A stretch of DNA of 64,000 nucleotides, taken from Escherichia phage YJin-2024a. Under the pieces are notes generated by a model, which saw nothing but the letters and a program-made list of their open reading frames with translations, ran no database searches and was not told the DNA's origin. The position numbers were made by a program, and so were the translations under genes. This document shows, in pieces, positions 19,984-29,282 of this stretch (its first letter is position 1; each line of letters opens with the position of its first letter). The DNA is taken from sequence record PP534475.1; one strand, given 5' to 3'.

Positions 19984-20583
19984 GTGCAAATCCGACATTG
20001 CTCCACGGGTGTTACGTGCGGGTGTATGTGCAAATCCGACAGGATTTTTGGTAGTGTGCAAATCCGACCCGAAAAATTTTTATAGTGTGCAAATCCGACA
20101 ATGAATTTTCCCAAAAACTCCAGCAATCTCGAACTGCGTTCGAATCCTGTGGGGTATGTGCAAATCCGACATGGTTTTTCTAGGATTAAGATGTGCGAAT
20201 CCGACAAGATTTTTATGACTTCGATTGGAGGGTGTGTGATTATGTGAGTTTGGGGAGAAGATGAGAGAGTGAGAGAAACTTGGGGGAACTGTGGGAGAGG
20301 CGCATGTTTGGTGCGGAGCACCCGATTTGCGGGGATTTTGGGGAAGAGTTGAGAAGATTTGGGTTAATTTGAGATTAGTGGAGATAAAGTAAAATTTTAT
20401 TAGCAAAATGGGGCAAAATAGCTTGACAAGTGAAAATTTCTGTGGCTCTAAAAACTCAGGTAAACATGGGCCTTCGGCCCGAAATAATGCTGCTATTTTC
20501 ATGAGATTATATGTTCCTAAAAACTTAGGCAATTGTGCAAATCCGACCATAAATTTCTAGAAACACAATGTGCAAATCCGACA
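19984..20583 (+). repeat. array of 8 direct repeats GTGCAAATCCGAC(A/C)
   Basis: Copies at about 19984, 20028, 20056, 20087, 20158, 20193, 20535, 20570, each followed by a short T-rich tract. Confidence 0.8.
20226..20400 (+). repeat. purine-rich block with several G4-5 tracts, almost no C on the plus strand
   Basis: gggagaag, tgggggaac, gcggggatt, ttggggaag within about 170 nt. Confidence 0.6.
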
Positions 20584-21118
20584 ATAAAATCCAGAAATGT
20601 GTTTTCAAAAAATGTCTCCTAGAAATAACCGCCCTCCCCATAACCGCCCTGTATTAAACCGCCTAGTATATGTTCCTAGAAACTTAGGAGAACCGCCCAC
20701 TAGAAGTATGATATCTCGTGAGAACTCTGGAGTTTCTAGGAAAGTGTTGTGCCATCCTAGCAGATGAGTGGCAACCGGTGTATCATCTTGAATGTAAATT
20801 ATGTGGACAAAAGTTTTACCTTTTATTTAAATAAAAGATCCCCAGGGTTCTCATATAGAGCTTTGCCCCCGCCAGAAGGTCTCGTGGTGTTTCTAGCAAT
20901 TTATATTAAATTACTTATTAACTTGTCCTGTCGCTCCGTATCCTCCGCTACAAGTTAGTAATTTTAAATTACTGAACCACCACACCTTCTGTGTGGCAAC
21001 TCTAAATGGTTAATTCTATTAACTCATAGAGTTATGATAACATACATTTAGCTATCTGTCAACGAGAGTTTGTATTTGAGTCTCGGTACAGGTATTGTGC
21101 ACCGAGACATGCAGGATC

Positions 21119-22003
21119 TTACAGTAACTCTTGGTATGCTTTTTGATACGCCTCAGTGTCAGTAGGTGTACCTTTTGCTAGTGCAATTAATTCATCTGTT
21201 ATCTGAATATTCGTATTATAACGTGTGTGGAACTCGTTAGGAATTTCTAGGTATCTATTGATGAATGCTGCAGCAAGCGGTGTGACTAAACCAATCTCTA
21301 GAGATAGCTTAACTTGTTTTTCGTAGATTAAATATTGAGAATCAGATGGGATTGGTTGGGTTACGTCAGTTTTCTCCGGTTCTTTTTCTGGAAGCAATGG
21401 ATTATTATATAATGCTTCATCTGGAAGCACAGATTTACGCTCTTTAAATATATAAGTTTCTAGATCCGATGCTTTAGATCCTGAGTATACCGCAAAGACG
21501 CTAGCTTTACCCTGGGATGCCCTAACTGGTAAATAACTAGTAGGATAGCTTCTTAATGCATCATGGAATGGACTTCCTGAGTACTTGTACGTATCCCCAT
21601 AGAGATCATCAATATTCATTCGTTCATCTTCAAAAATGTGAAAAGAGCTAAATGATGGGATAGTAAAGTATTCCATCTGTAACCCATAAACTAAGAAACG
21701 GTGTGCATATGCGCTAATCTTTAAGACTGTGAATGCTTTTTCACCTTCCTTATAAGAATTGCCCTTTGAAGTAACTTGATAACGTTTACAAAACATCTCT
21801 ACTAGACGTTTCTCATTAATATTAAGGGTGGAGTACAGTCGTCCACTTAATCCTATAAGTGCATCGAACATAAATGCTAGTTTATCTTTTTCTTCCTGAG
21901 ATAGTTCTGGAAACGGTAATACTTTCGCATTAGGAACATTATTGTTCTCTTTAGGTTTTGTTTTACCAGCATTTTGTCTTAGTTTATCTTTAAAGTTATA
22001 CAT
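21119..22003 (-). CDS. hypothetical early protein (294 aa)
   Basis: ATG with GGGAG RBS; first gene after the repeat region. Confidence 0.6.
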   Translation of the reverse strand: MYNFKDKLRQNAGKTKPKENNNVPNAKVLPFPELSQEEKDKLAFMFDALIGLSGRLYSTLNINEKRLVEMFCKRYQVTSKGNSYKEGEKAFTVLKISAYAHRFLVYGLQMEYFTIPSFSSFHIFEDERMNIDDLYGDTYKYSGSPFHDALRSYPTSYLPVRASQGKASVFAVYSGSKASDLETYIFKERKSVLPDEALYNNPLLPEKEPEKTDVTQPIPSDSQYLIYEKQVKLSLEIGLVTPLAAAFINRYLEIPNEFHTRYNTNIQITDELIALAKGTPTDTEAYQKAYQELL

Positions 22004-22082
22004 TATTATCTCCCGTTTTTAAGGTCTGGATGACCTTCTTTTTATTTTAGAGCCTCCGTAGAGGCTCATGTATTAGGAATTA

Positions 22083-22685
22083 TTAATCCTTTTTACTTTC
22101 ATTAATAGCAGCTCCCAACGCCTCCATAATAGCATCCTCTAAACTCCCATGTTTACTAGGATTATTAAAATGAATAGTACAAACAGAACTCCTAGAAACT
22201 CCAGCATCTGCAGGTGCTACGCTTCGCATATCAGATTCAAAAGCTTCTTGAGTATGTTTCAACTGCACAGAAGGGCCATAATCTTCCACAAACTTATATG
22301 ACTGCGTACTACTTACCACACCCCCACAAGGAACATTGTGCATATCCGGTGATTTATTTAGCATTGAGATTGTCCCTGGCTGCCACGGATCCCGAATAGT
22401 TACTGGAGTACTAGGGCGGTTCACCTCAGCCTTCACAAGTTTATATCCAGCGTCTATTAATGCATTAATAAGGTTATCAGCTGGAATGCGAGCCTTGCCA
22501 AAAATCTCACGAGCGTTGTTGAGCCTACCTTCAAAACCTTTACATGCTCTAATATTAGTGTGTGCAAAGGTTAGCTTCATAGATTTGAATTGTACAGTAG
22601 CAGTTAAATCTTTAAAGCTATAATCCCATGTATTCAGTTCATGGTCTGGTACTACTTGAATAGGTTGTTGTACATTAAAAGTCAT
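22083..22685 (-). CDS. hypothetical early protein (200 aa)
   Basis: ORF with ATG start. Confidence 0.6.
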   Translation of the reverse strand: MTFNVQQPIQVVPDHELNTWDYSFKDLTATVQFKSMKLTFAHTNIRACKGFEGRLNNAREIFGKARIPADNLINALIDAGYKLVKAEVNRPSTPVTIRDPWQPGTISMLNKSPDMHNVPCGGVVSSTQSYKFVEDYGPSVQLKHTQEAFESDMRSVAPADAGVSRSSVCTIHFNNPSKHGSLEDAIMEALGAAINESKKD

Positions 22686-22870
22686 TATTTATTCTCCAGT
22701 TTGTCTAACAGTTTATGGGCTGCGATGTTATATTGTTTAAGTTCACTATTAAGGATTTGGTTCTCACTCTTTAGCTCTAGATTCTTATTATTAAGAATAC
22801 TGCAGATTAGTAGAAGTGCTAGTATAACCAGCAAGGAGCCTACGAGCATTAAAAGAAAAAGAGTTTCCAT
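22685..22870 (-). CDS. small membrane protein
   Basis: 61 aa; N-terminal TM helix plus coiled coil. Confidence 0.4.
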   Translation of the reverse strand: METLFLLMLVGSLLVILALLLICSILNNKNLELKSENQILNSELKQYNIAAHKLLDKLENK

Positions 22871-23115
22871 TATTTAACTCCCATGTAACGTTTGGGATAC
22901 ACAATGAAGTCTTCTGCTGTATGCGCTGTGCTACCTTGAGCTACGAATAGCTTGAGAGCTTCACGTTGTAGTTTTAGACCCGCTACCTCACCGCGTAATT
23001 TTACTAGATCTTCTGCTAGTTCTCTAGCTCTACGCATAATAGCAAAAGATACAAGTACTACGATGAATAACATAACTACTAAAATAATTGCTATGATTTC
23101 CATATTAACATCCAA
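22870..23115 (-). CDS. small membrane protein
   Basis: 81 aa; N-terminal TM helix plus coiled coil. Confidence 0.4.
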   Translation of the reverse strand: MDVNMEIIAIILVVMLFIVVLVSFAIMRRARELAEDLVKLRGEVAGLKLQREALKLFVAQGSTAHTAEDFIVYPKRYMGVK

Positions 23116-23381
23116 CTTTTATCACACATTTGGGCATGCTCTATCAATTCATTCATTGATATACCGGCATCATAAATACTCTCTAGTATATACCTTCTGT
23201 CAAATTCGTCAACCAAATATTCTACGTTATTTATTATTACTTTATACAGATCTGGGACTAGAGAGCATGTATTTGGTATGGGGCGACTGCTTAAGTCTAT
23301 TTCATTATAGCCCCACGTTGTTTTAAATAGTTTGTTACTAAGTGCTGCTAATGGATTTGACCATATAATATAGCTACTCAC
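23091..23381 (-). CDS. hypothetical protein (96 aa)
   Basis: ORF only. Confidence 0.4.
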   Translation of the reverse strand: MSSYIIWSNPLAALSNKLFKTTWGYNEIDLSSRPIPNTCSLVPDLYKVIINNVEYLVDEFDRRYILESIYDAGISMNELIEHAQMCDKSWMLIWKS

Positions 23382-23922
23382 TATTTATCTCCATTCTTAA
23401 CTTTGAAAACTTATTATACCAAACTATATGATTATCGTCAATTACAAATTTATGATAACATGCTGGTACGGTATAAGTTCCATAATCCGTGACACGCTGC
23501 ACAACCTTGTGTGCACACAGTCGACAACCATGCCCTTCTAAATGAGATCTAGCAGTTTGCCAGTAATAACCATCATGGTCTGGACAGTAGATCTCTACTT
23601 GCTGTTGCATTGTTTTATAATTTACACGCTCATACCCGAAGAAAGCTCCATGAACTGCAACAGCTTTCTTGATAAATATAAGATTTAGTGCTTCTTGTTG
23701 AAAGTCGGGATGTAGCTGCTTAATCTTAGTTCTATTAATAGAACCATCAGATTTGATAAACCTATTTATTGGGAAGTTGTTAGCTTCCTCTATTAATAAT
23801 TCATTTACCTTTTCTCTCATATTAGATACTCTCACAGCTAAGGTAGAAACATTCGTAAGCATCACCAGTAAACTCTTTATCTTGTAGTATACACTTAGCC
23901 TGGTCTTCTGGTACTCCAGCAT
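23374..23922 (-). CDS. hypothetical protein with Cys/His cluster (182 aa)
   Basis: C-terminal CPDHDGYYW...H..HGC..C..H cluster; zinc-binding likely. Confidence 0.5.
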   Translation of the reverse strand: MLEYQKTRLSVYYKIKSLLVMLTNVSTLAVRVSNMREKVNELLIEEANNFPINRFIKSDGSINRTKIKQLHPDFQQEALNLIFIKKAVAVHGAFFGYERVNYKTMQQQVEIYCPDHDGYYWQTARSHLEGHGCRLCAHKVVQRVTDYGTYTVPACYHKFVIDDNHIVWYNKFSKLRMEINSE

Positions 23923-24046
23923 CTAATAATTGTTGTTTACTTGGCTTTTCAGCGAATACCTTTACAAAATATTCGCCATCCTGATTATACTCATTTATAT
24001 CTCTAGTAAGGACATATACTTGCATTTGAAGTTCCTTGAAACACAA
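23822..24046 (-). CDS. hypothetical protein (74 aa)
   Basis: ORF; 3' part overlaps the next gene, true extent uncertain. Confidence 0.3.
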   Translation of the reverse strand: MCFKELQMQVYVLTRDINEYNQDGEYFVKVFAEKPSKQQLLDAGVPEDQAKCILQDKEFTGDAYECFYLSCESI

Positions 24047-24079
24047 AAGGCCAGAACAATTAAGCCCTGGCCTCTAGAA

Positions 24080-24451
24080 TTAATGAAGTTGTTTACCACT
24101 TCTTAAAATAGTGGCCGTTTCCATAAGATTTAACGTTGTATCACGCTTTTTGATTTGTTTGTCGAGTTCATCGGTACGTTTGCCAATGTAAGCGTTAATA
24201 GCCATATTCATAGCTGAGGCGAGATCTTCTTTGGTTATCTCTTCATCATCTAAAGCTAATTTAGCCAAAGAATCGAAAGTACTAGAAAGTCCTATAAGAT
24301 CAGAAGCTTCCCCCGCCAAAATAGGGTTGAGATTATCTATTGTTACTTCTAACATAGAGTTAACAATATCTTCTCCGTCTACTAGACCAGATTCAATATT
24401 ACTCTCCCATTCCTTCATCTGCTCCAGCAATGGATTTTTCTTTTCTGTCAT
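24080..24451 (-). CDS. hypothetical acidic protein
   Basis: Start moved to the internal Met to limit overlap with 24399..24860. Confidence 0.4.
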   Translation of the reverse strand: MTEKKNPLLEQMKEWESNIESGLVDGEDIVNSMLEVTIDNLNPILAGEASDLIGLSSTFDSLAKLALDDEEITKEDLASAMNMAINAYIGKRTDELDKQIKKRDTTLNLMETATILRSGKQLH

Positions 24452-24860
24452 GGTAGAGGTTTCCTGTGTCAGTTGGTAAGAAGGATGATTGAGCTTTAGG
24501 TGGATGTTGTTTAGCAATCCAGTTAAGAATCAGTACACGACTAGGAACAATATCAGTGTTGTACCAGAAATCATGAACCCATTGACGAGCATCCTCAAAC
24601 TTACCAAATTTATATGCTTTCTTAAACAATTTAAACCCAAAACAATCTGGTGTAAAGTCTACTTCACGATACTGAACTACTTTAGAACCAGTTAGGTCTT
24701 GGATCGCTGCATTAATTTCTGTATGCGAGAATTTTGTCTCGTGAAACTTATTAAAGAATCGGTAGTTGAAGCGTCCGTTCGTTTCGACAAACAACTGGAT
24801 AAAGAGATCGTTAAATTGATTATCAAACCAGTAATTCTGTAGTTGTTGTAGTGCTGTCAT
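24399..24860 (-). CDS. hypothetical protein (153 aa)
   Basis: ORF only. Confidence 0.45.
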   Translation of the reverse strand: MTALQQLQNYWFDNQFNDLFIQLFVETNGRFNYRFFNKFHETKFSHTEINAAIQDLTGSKVVQYREVDFTPDCFGFKLFKKAYKFGKFEDARQWVHDFWYNTDIVPSRVLILNWIAKQHPPKAQSSFLPTDTGNLYHDRKEKSIAGADEGMGE

Positions 24861-25057
24861 TTACGAACTCCGTTAATTGCCACGATGATGCCTTCGTACA
24901 TAAAAGGAAGTAGTCCAGAAGTGTAGAAGATATTTTCCGTTATTCCTAGATGTCGAAAAAGTATATTAAATAATGCTGTTAGAAATACAATCTGAGGCAG
25001 TAATACAAAATACTCAGTTACAATCTTTGGTGCCTGATAAACAAGACGTTTTATCAT
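24857..25057 (-). CDS. small membrane protein (66 aa)
   Basis: Two hydrophobic segments. Confidence 0.4.
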   Translation of the reverse strand: MIKRLVYQAPKIVTEYFVLLPQIVFLTALFNILFRHLGITENIFYTSGLLPFMYEGIIVAINGVRK

Positions 25058-25156
25058 TGTTTTTAAGTCTCCTTATTACTTTGGCCTGCTCCACAATAAT
25101 AAAAGCTGCAAGCACTAATAGTGCTATTAGCCCCGCAGTAATTGGTACTAAATCAA

Positions 25157-25483
25157 TCATGGGAGACGCCATACGTAATTAGCTGTCTGTAGAGTTTTAG
25201 CAGTATCATCATGGTACATTACTACAGACTTTGGTGAATAACTATCCGCTAGTTCTTTACGAATCATTTTACACTCTTCACCAGTATCGATATTTTTAAC
25301 TATCACTTTCATATTAAGAGGTGTTAATATAGAAAGTGGTTTCCAGGAGTCCTCAATCTCAATTCCTACCTTTTTCTCAATTATCCTGAGAACTTCTAAT
25401 GTATCATCTGGAATACTAGTATTATTATTCACAAACTGTAATATCTCATGCAAGGTATTTAATTCATTAAAATTAAGCTTCAT
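25157..25483 (-). CDS. hypothetical protein (108 aa)
   Basis: ORF only. Confidence 0.45.
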   Translation of the reverse strand: MKLNFNELNTLHEILQFVNNNTSIPDDTLEVLRIIEKKVGIEIEDSWKPLSILTPLNMKVIVKNIDTGEECKMIRKELADSYSPKSVVMYHDDTAKTLQTANYVWRLP

Positions 25484-25718
25484 CTTTAAGAATGTCCTCT
25501 ACCATATCACAAGACTGTTGCAATTCATCCGCAATTCGTTTAATATCGGTTTTTGTTACTTTACCAACTAACATCACCAGTAGCATAGAAAAGATAATAA
25601 GTGGAACTGGAATAACAAATAAAGCTACCTTAACAACATTCTTTGGCGTCCATGTGTGGTATTTAGTAACCAGTACACCAACCACAATTAGATAAAACGC
25701 TAGAATAAACATCATCAT
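25473..25718 (-). CDS. small membrane protein (81 aa)
   Basis: Two TM helices. Confidence 0.4.
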   Translation of the reverse strand: MMMFILAFYLIVVGVLVTKYHTWTPKNVVKVALFVIPVPLIIFSMLLVMLVGKVTKTDIKRIADELQQSCDMVEDILKDEA

Positions 25719-25996
25719 TTTTTAATCTCCGTAATTATCTGTGCACGCATTACTTTATTAGGTAATTTTGTATTCCCAGCTATTGCTTCAATATTGTTTA
25801 GTTTTTCTTTTAGAATATCTGAGCGTCTTTGCGCTAGTTCAATATCTTGTTCTTGTTCTATTAAGCGGCAGTGAAGTCCACTATTAGTGGTAAGCATACT
25901 CTCCATGTTTTTTCGTATGCTTACAATACCAATAACCCCGCCAATCGCTGCTAGTGTCATAAGCACTAACAATCCAATAAGAATTTCAATTAACAT
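25715..25996 (-). CDS. small membrane protein with coiled coil (93 aa)
   Basis: N-terminal TM helix. Confidence 0.4.
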   Translation of the reverse strand: MLIEILIGLLVLMTLAAIGGVIGIVSIRKNMESMLTTNSGLHCRLIEQEQDIELAQRRSDILKEKLNNIEAIAGNTKLPNKVMRAQIITEIKK

Positions 25997-26159
25997 TAAA
26001 TACCCCTACATTTTTCGTTATTTGGAGTTACTTTGCAAATCTCTACATTTAGCTCATGGAGAGATTTGTCTACTTCAGTTAATCGCATGTTAAGAGCAAC
26101 CATATTATATATTAGTATTCCTATAAGGAATGACAGTATTGAAATTGATACTCTTTCCA

Positions 26160-26411
26160 TTATTTCTTACCTTTCAGTTGCTTAACTTCACGCTCAAAAG
26201 ATGCTGCACGACGTTCGGCAGTTGCCTGATGTTCTTTAGCAAAACGTGCTTCCTGTTTAGCGAGGTTGAATGCCATAGCATTCTTATTCAGGGAATCATA
26301 CATCTTTTTCATTGCTGGAATAGACATCTTCATGAGCTGGCCTTCAAAACCCTGCATGTCGAGGAGAATTGCCAGAACGTTAGCCATTTCATTTTTAGTC
26401 ATGTTTTCCAT
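26160..26411 (-). CDS. hypothetical protein
   Basis: Start at the ATG preceded by GAGAGG and a PN25-like promoter. Confidence 0.5.
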   Translation of the reverse strand: MENMTKNEMANVLAILLDMQGFEGQLMKMSIPAMKKMYDSLNKNAMAFNLAKQEARFAKEHQATAERRAASFEREVKQLKGKK

Positions 26412-26443
26412 TAGAATTTCCTCTCTCATTAATTTATAAACTT

Positions 26444-26472
26444 ATTATACAGAATTTTAAGGCTTAAAGCAA
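26444..26472 (-). promoter_or_regulatory. early sigma70 promoter, PN25-like family
   Basis: TTGCTT-17-TATAAT read on the minus strand, followed by the conserved ATAAATTAATGAGAGAGG leader. Confidence 0.65.
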
Positions 26473-26489
26473 CTGAATTTTTTAATTAC

Positions 26490-26921
26490 TTACCAATCGT
26501 TAACAACGCCGGAGAACTCAGAAGCAAAAACTTTTTCAAATTTCTCAGCAATTTCAGGATGATCTTTGCAGATCAGCTCAATACAGGCTTCTGGAGTCAT
26601 TCCTTCATCTTCAGGATCACCATAGTATTTATCCCAAAGATCATCAGGAATGATATGCTCCGCCAAATCTTGGAAAGAGATTAACTGATAACGTTCTGCC
26701 TCCTCAGGGATAAGAATTTCGCACAGATCTTTATCTATATCGCTACGATAATCCGCAATTAATAGGGCATTGCAAGCATGACATTCCCAGACCATCAAAC
26801 GTTCAGAGATAGGGTTAGACTTATTCTGAACGTAAGACTGGAACAAGGTTCGGAAAGTTGCCTTAACTTGTTCAAACTTATCTGCTGCTGCGAAAACTAG
26901 AGCTTTATCAACTTTGTTCAT
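26490..26921 (-). CDS. hypothetical acidic protein (143 aa)
   Basis: ORF with promoter and RBS upstream. Confidence 0.55.
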   Translation of the reverse strand: MNKVDKALVFAAADKFEQVKATFRTLFQSYVQNKSNPISERLMVWECHACNALLIADYRSDIDKDLCEILIPEEAERYQLISFQDLAEHIIPDDLWDKYYGDPEDEGMTPEACIELICKDHPEIAEKFEKVFASEFSGVVNDW

Positions 26922-26951
26922 TTTGATTCCTTCTCATCAATTTATAAAGTA

Positions 26952-26980
26952 ATTATACAGAAACTTAAGCATTTTAGCAA
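26952..26980 (-). promoter_or_regulatory. early sigma70 promoter, PN25-like family
   Basis: TTGCTA-17-TATAAT on the minus strand. Confidence 0.55.
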
Positions 26981-27088
26981 ATAAAACTTTTAATTAAAAT
27001 GCCTAATCCTGTGCCAATAGCAATACAAATGATTATAAGTATTGCTATCGCTTGTATGCTTCGTTTAATAATAGCCTCAGCTATACAC

Positions 27089-27610
27089 TTAGCCATTTAA
27101 CATCCAGCTAGTTTTATCGTGCGAAGTGTACTTACCACTCATGATGTCTTCCAGACGTACTGGTGATTTTGCATACTCGACACAAACGTTAATATAACGA
27201 GGATCCCCCATTAGCTCAAAGTGAGTATGCCCATGTAAGTTCTTCTTACCTCTCAGCTCCCCAGGGTGTATTGGAGCATGGGAAAGCCAGAAGTTTTTAT
27301 ACTTAACTAGTGATTGTACGTTATCTACAATCCCTATTAAGTCTTTGAAAGATAATCCTTCTCGTTCTAAGTCGTGGTTTCCTAAAACTAACGTAGTTCT
27401 AACATTGCCAAAGAGTTTTTCGAACTTCTCCAAACCATTTCTAGATACAAATGCGTCTCCTAAAATATAGAATACTGTACGCTTATCTTTCACGGATGTA
27501 ATAGTATCCATAATAAATTCGTCATGCTCTTCCATAGTAGAGAAGATTGGTCTGAATTTAGTAATATTTGTATGTCCTAAGTGGAGATCACTCCAAAAGC
27601 AAACTTTCAT
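27089..27610 (-). CDS. metallophosphoesterase / Ser-Thr phosphatase-like (173 aa)
   Basis: GDAF...GNHD...HGHTH motifs. Confidence 0.7.
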   Translation of the reverse strand: MKVCFWSDLHLGHTNITKFRPIFSTMEEHDEFIMDTITSVKDKRTVFYILGDAFVSRNGLEKFEKLFGNVRTTLVLGNHDLEREGLSFKDLIGIVDNVQSLVKYKNFWLSHAPIHPGELRGKKNLHGHTHFELMGDPRYINVCVEYAKSPVRLEDIMSGKYTSHDKTSWMLNG

Positions 27611-28485
27611 TAAAGAATCCTCTGTACACCGCAGCTATTATTTTTATCTGTGGTAAATGTGGTGATTTTGCCAGTTTCATCGTTAACTTGCGCAACCGTC
27701 AACTGCCCGTTGAAAACACCGCCAGTATCAAGATAAACACGGTTTTTATGAAGTATTGGGTAAGGAACCCCAGTATGTCCGTGAAACACGAAATCTACCC
27801 CTTTAACTTCCGGCACTTCTACCATGTATTTTTCTTTAAATCCTGCGTAACGCTGGAAATATGGGTGTTCCTCACCATTTTTGGACAAGTAGAAGCCTAT
27901 TTCTTGGATTACATCTCGATCCCATAAATATGGTTCAATATGGTATCCAGGATGGTCATGTGGGTCTTCCTTAGCTGCTTCTACTTGTGCAATAAGATTA
28001 TCCCATATTGGGGTTTCTACTTCATTACCACATTCTTTGTATGTAAAAGGTACACCACCGTGAACAACACCAAATTTCTTACCACGATGTCTAACAGTTA
28101 GGAATACTGGCATTTTTTCAGCCATATCTTCGGCAATATTTTTAATGGTGTCTGCATCTAGTTCATTCATAGCCCACATACCCCCATTATACATCCAATT
28201 AGCCCAATCTCCTGCAATCATAAATTGGTCATGATTACCACGGACACTGATAAAATGTGGATTATACAGGAATTTGGCTAAAACTTGTAGGTTTTGTGTG
28301 CCTCGGTCAATTAAGTCACCAACACATACTAAGCAATCTTTTTTGCCATTATACCCTGCTAATTTCAACGCATCTTCTAGCAAATCATTGCATCCATGAA
28401 TATCACCGACGAAAAACAAGTTGGCGTCATCCGGCACTACTAGAGTTTTATGTACATTAAATTCTTTTTTCATAATTATTCCCAA
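27610..28485 (-). CDS. Ser/Thr protein phosphatase (PPP family, lambda-phosphatase-like)
   Basis: GDIHGC, GDLIDRG, RGNHD motifs. Confidence 0.8.
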   Translation of the reverse strand: MGIIMKKEFNVHKTLVVPDDANLFFVGDIHGCNDLLEDALKLAGYNGKKDCLVCVGDLIDRGTQNLQVLAKFLYNPHFISVRGNHDQFMIAGDWANWMYNGGMWAMNELDADTIKNIAEDMAEKMPVFLTVRHRGKKFGVVHGGVPFTYKECGNEVETPIWDNLIAQVEAAKEDPHDHPGYHIEPYLWDRDVIQEIGFYLSKNGEEHPYFQRYAGFKEKYMVEVPEVKGVDFVFHGHTGVPYPILHKNRVYLDTGGVFNGQLTVAQVNDETGKITTFTTDKNNSCGVQRIL

Positions 28486-28721
28486 ATAACAGTTAAAATA
28501 GTTGTGCCATAATCATTAGATATTTGGAGAGTATAACCCTCTTTATAGAGGGCTTTTATAGCTTCATAACTAATTTCATCACGATTAAACTGTACAAAAG
28601 AGCCTCCAATCTCCACAGAAGAAACTATTCTCTTTTTAACATACTTATATGGTTTCTTTCTGCTATTAAGAAGTGCAGCTCTATTTATCCTGGCTAAACG
28701 TTTTGCTTGTTCCGCTAACAT
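28476..28721 (-). CDS. hypothetical protein (81 aa)
   Basis: ORF only. Confidence 0.45.
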   Translation of the reverse strand: MLAEQAKRLARINRAALLNSRKKPYKYVKKRIVSSVEIGGSFVQFNRDEISYEAIKALYKEGYTLQISNDYGTTILTVIWE

Positions 28722-28725
28722 TTAA

Positions 28726-29103
28726 TTATCTCCAGTGGTTAGTATGCTTCTCAGCTTCCTCATCGTTAGGCTCAAAGACAACATGGCAGTCAACTGCTTC
28801 CCAAAAAGCCTCACGGATTAAAGAGTTTTTAGCTGAAATGTCTAATTCTCCCCACTCTTCTAAAGTCTCTAGGTCTGTATCAACTTCGGTATCACAGCCA
28901 ACCAGCCCCAAAGAAACAACAATAGTAACGCGATCTTCACGTTGTTCGGGATAAACATCAGCATATTCCCAAGCAGCTTCTTCAACATAATATTGTTGTT
29001 CCTTTTCTGGAAGTGACTTATACTTTTCTTCTGTAATACCCATCTCAACAGCGCGAGTACCACAAACTACATTGTTATTAATAATTAGATATGCATAGTT
29101 CAT
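28726..29103 (-). CDS. hypothetical acidic protein (125 aa)
   Basis: ORF only. Confidence 0.5.
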   Translation of the reverse strand: MNYAYLIINNNVVCGTRAVEMGITEEKYKSLPEKEQQYYVEEAAWEYADVYPEQREDRVTIVVSLGLVGCDTEVDTDLETLEEWGELDISAKNSLIREAFWEAVDCHVVFEPNDEEAEKHTNHWR

Positions 29104-29212
29104 CGTAATACTCCTATTTCTTGAGTGGCAAAGATGGCTATTAATATGACTAAAATCCCTACAAAGATATGTGACATAATCATATTAATGTCTCTCATTA
29201 ATTTATATAAGT

Positions 29213-29241
29213 ATTATATCAAAATTTTTAGCAAAAAGCAA
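29213..29241 (-). promoter_or_regulatory. early sigma70 promoter, PN25-like family
   Basis: TTGCTT-17-TATAAT on the minus strand. Confidence 0.6.
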
Positions 29242-29282
29242 GTAAAATAAAAGCCTGATCAGCTAAGATCAGGCTTTGTTTA

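Noticed and set aside
19887-20550. Minus-strand ORFs 19887..20321 and 20080..20550 (144 and 156 aa)
   Set aside because: They read through the direct-repeat arrays and the pyrimidine-rich complement of the G-tract block; the translations are repetitive and there is no start context.
19720-20583. CRISPR array interpretation of the two direct-repeat arrays
   Set aside because: Repeats are only 14-15 nt, the spacing is irregular (27-72 bp plus one about 340 bp gap), the intervening sequences are themselves related, and no cas genes are present.
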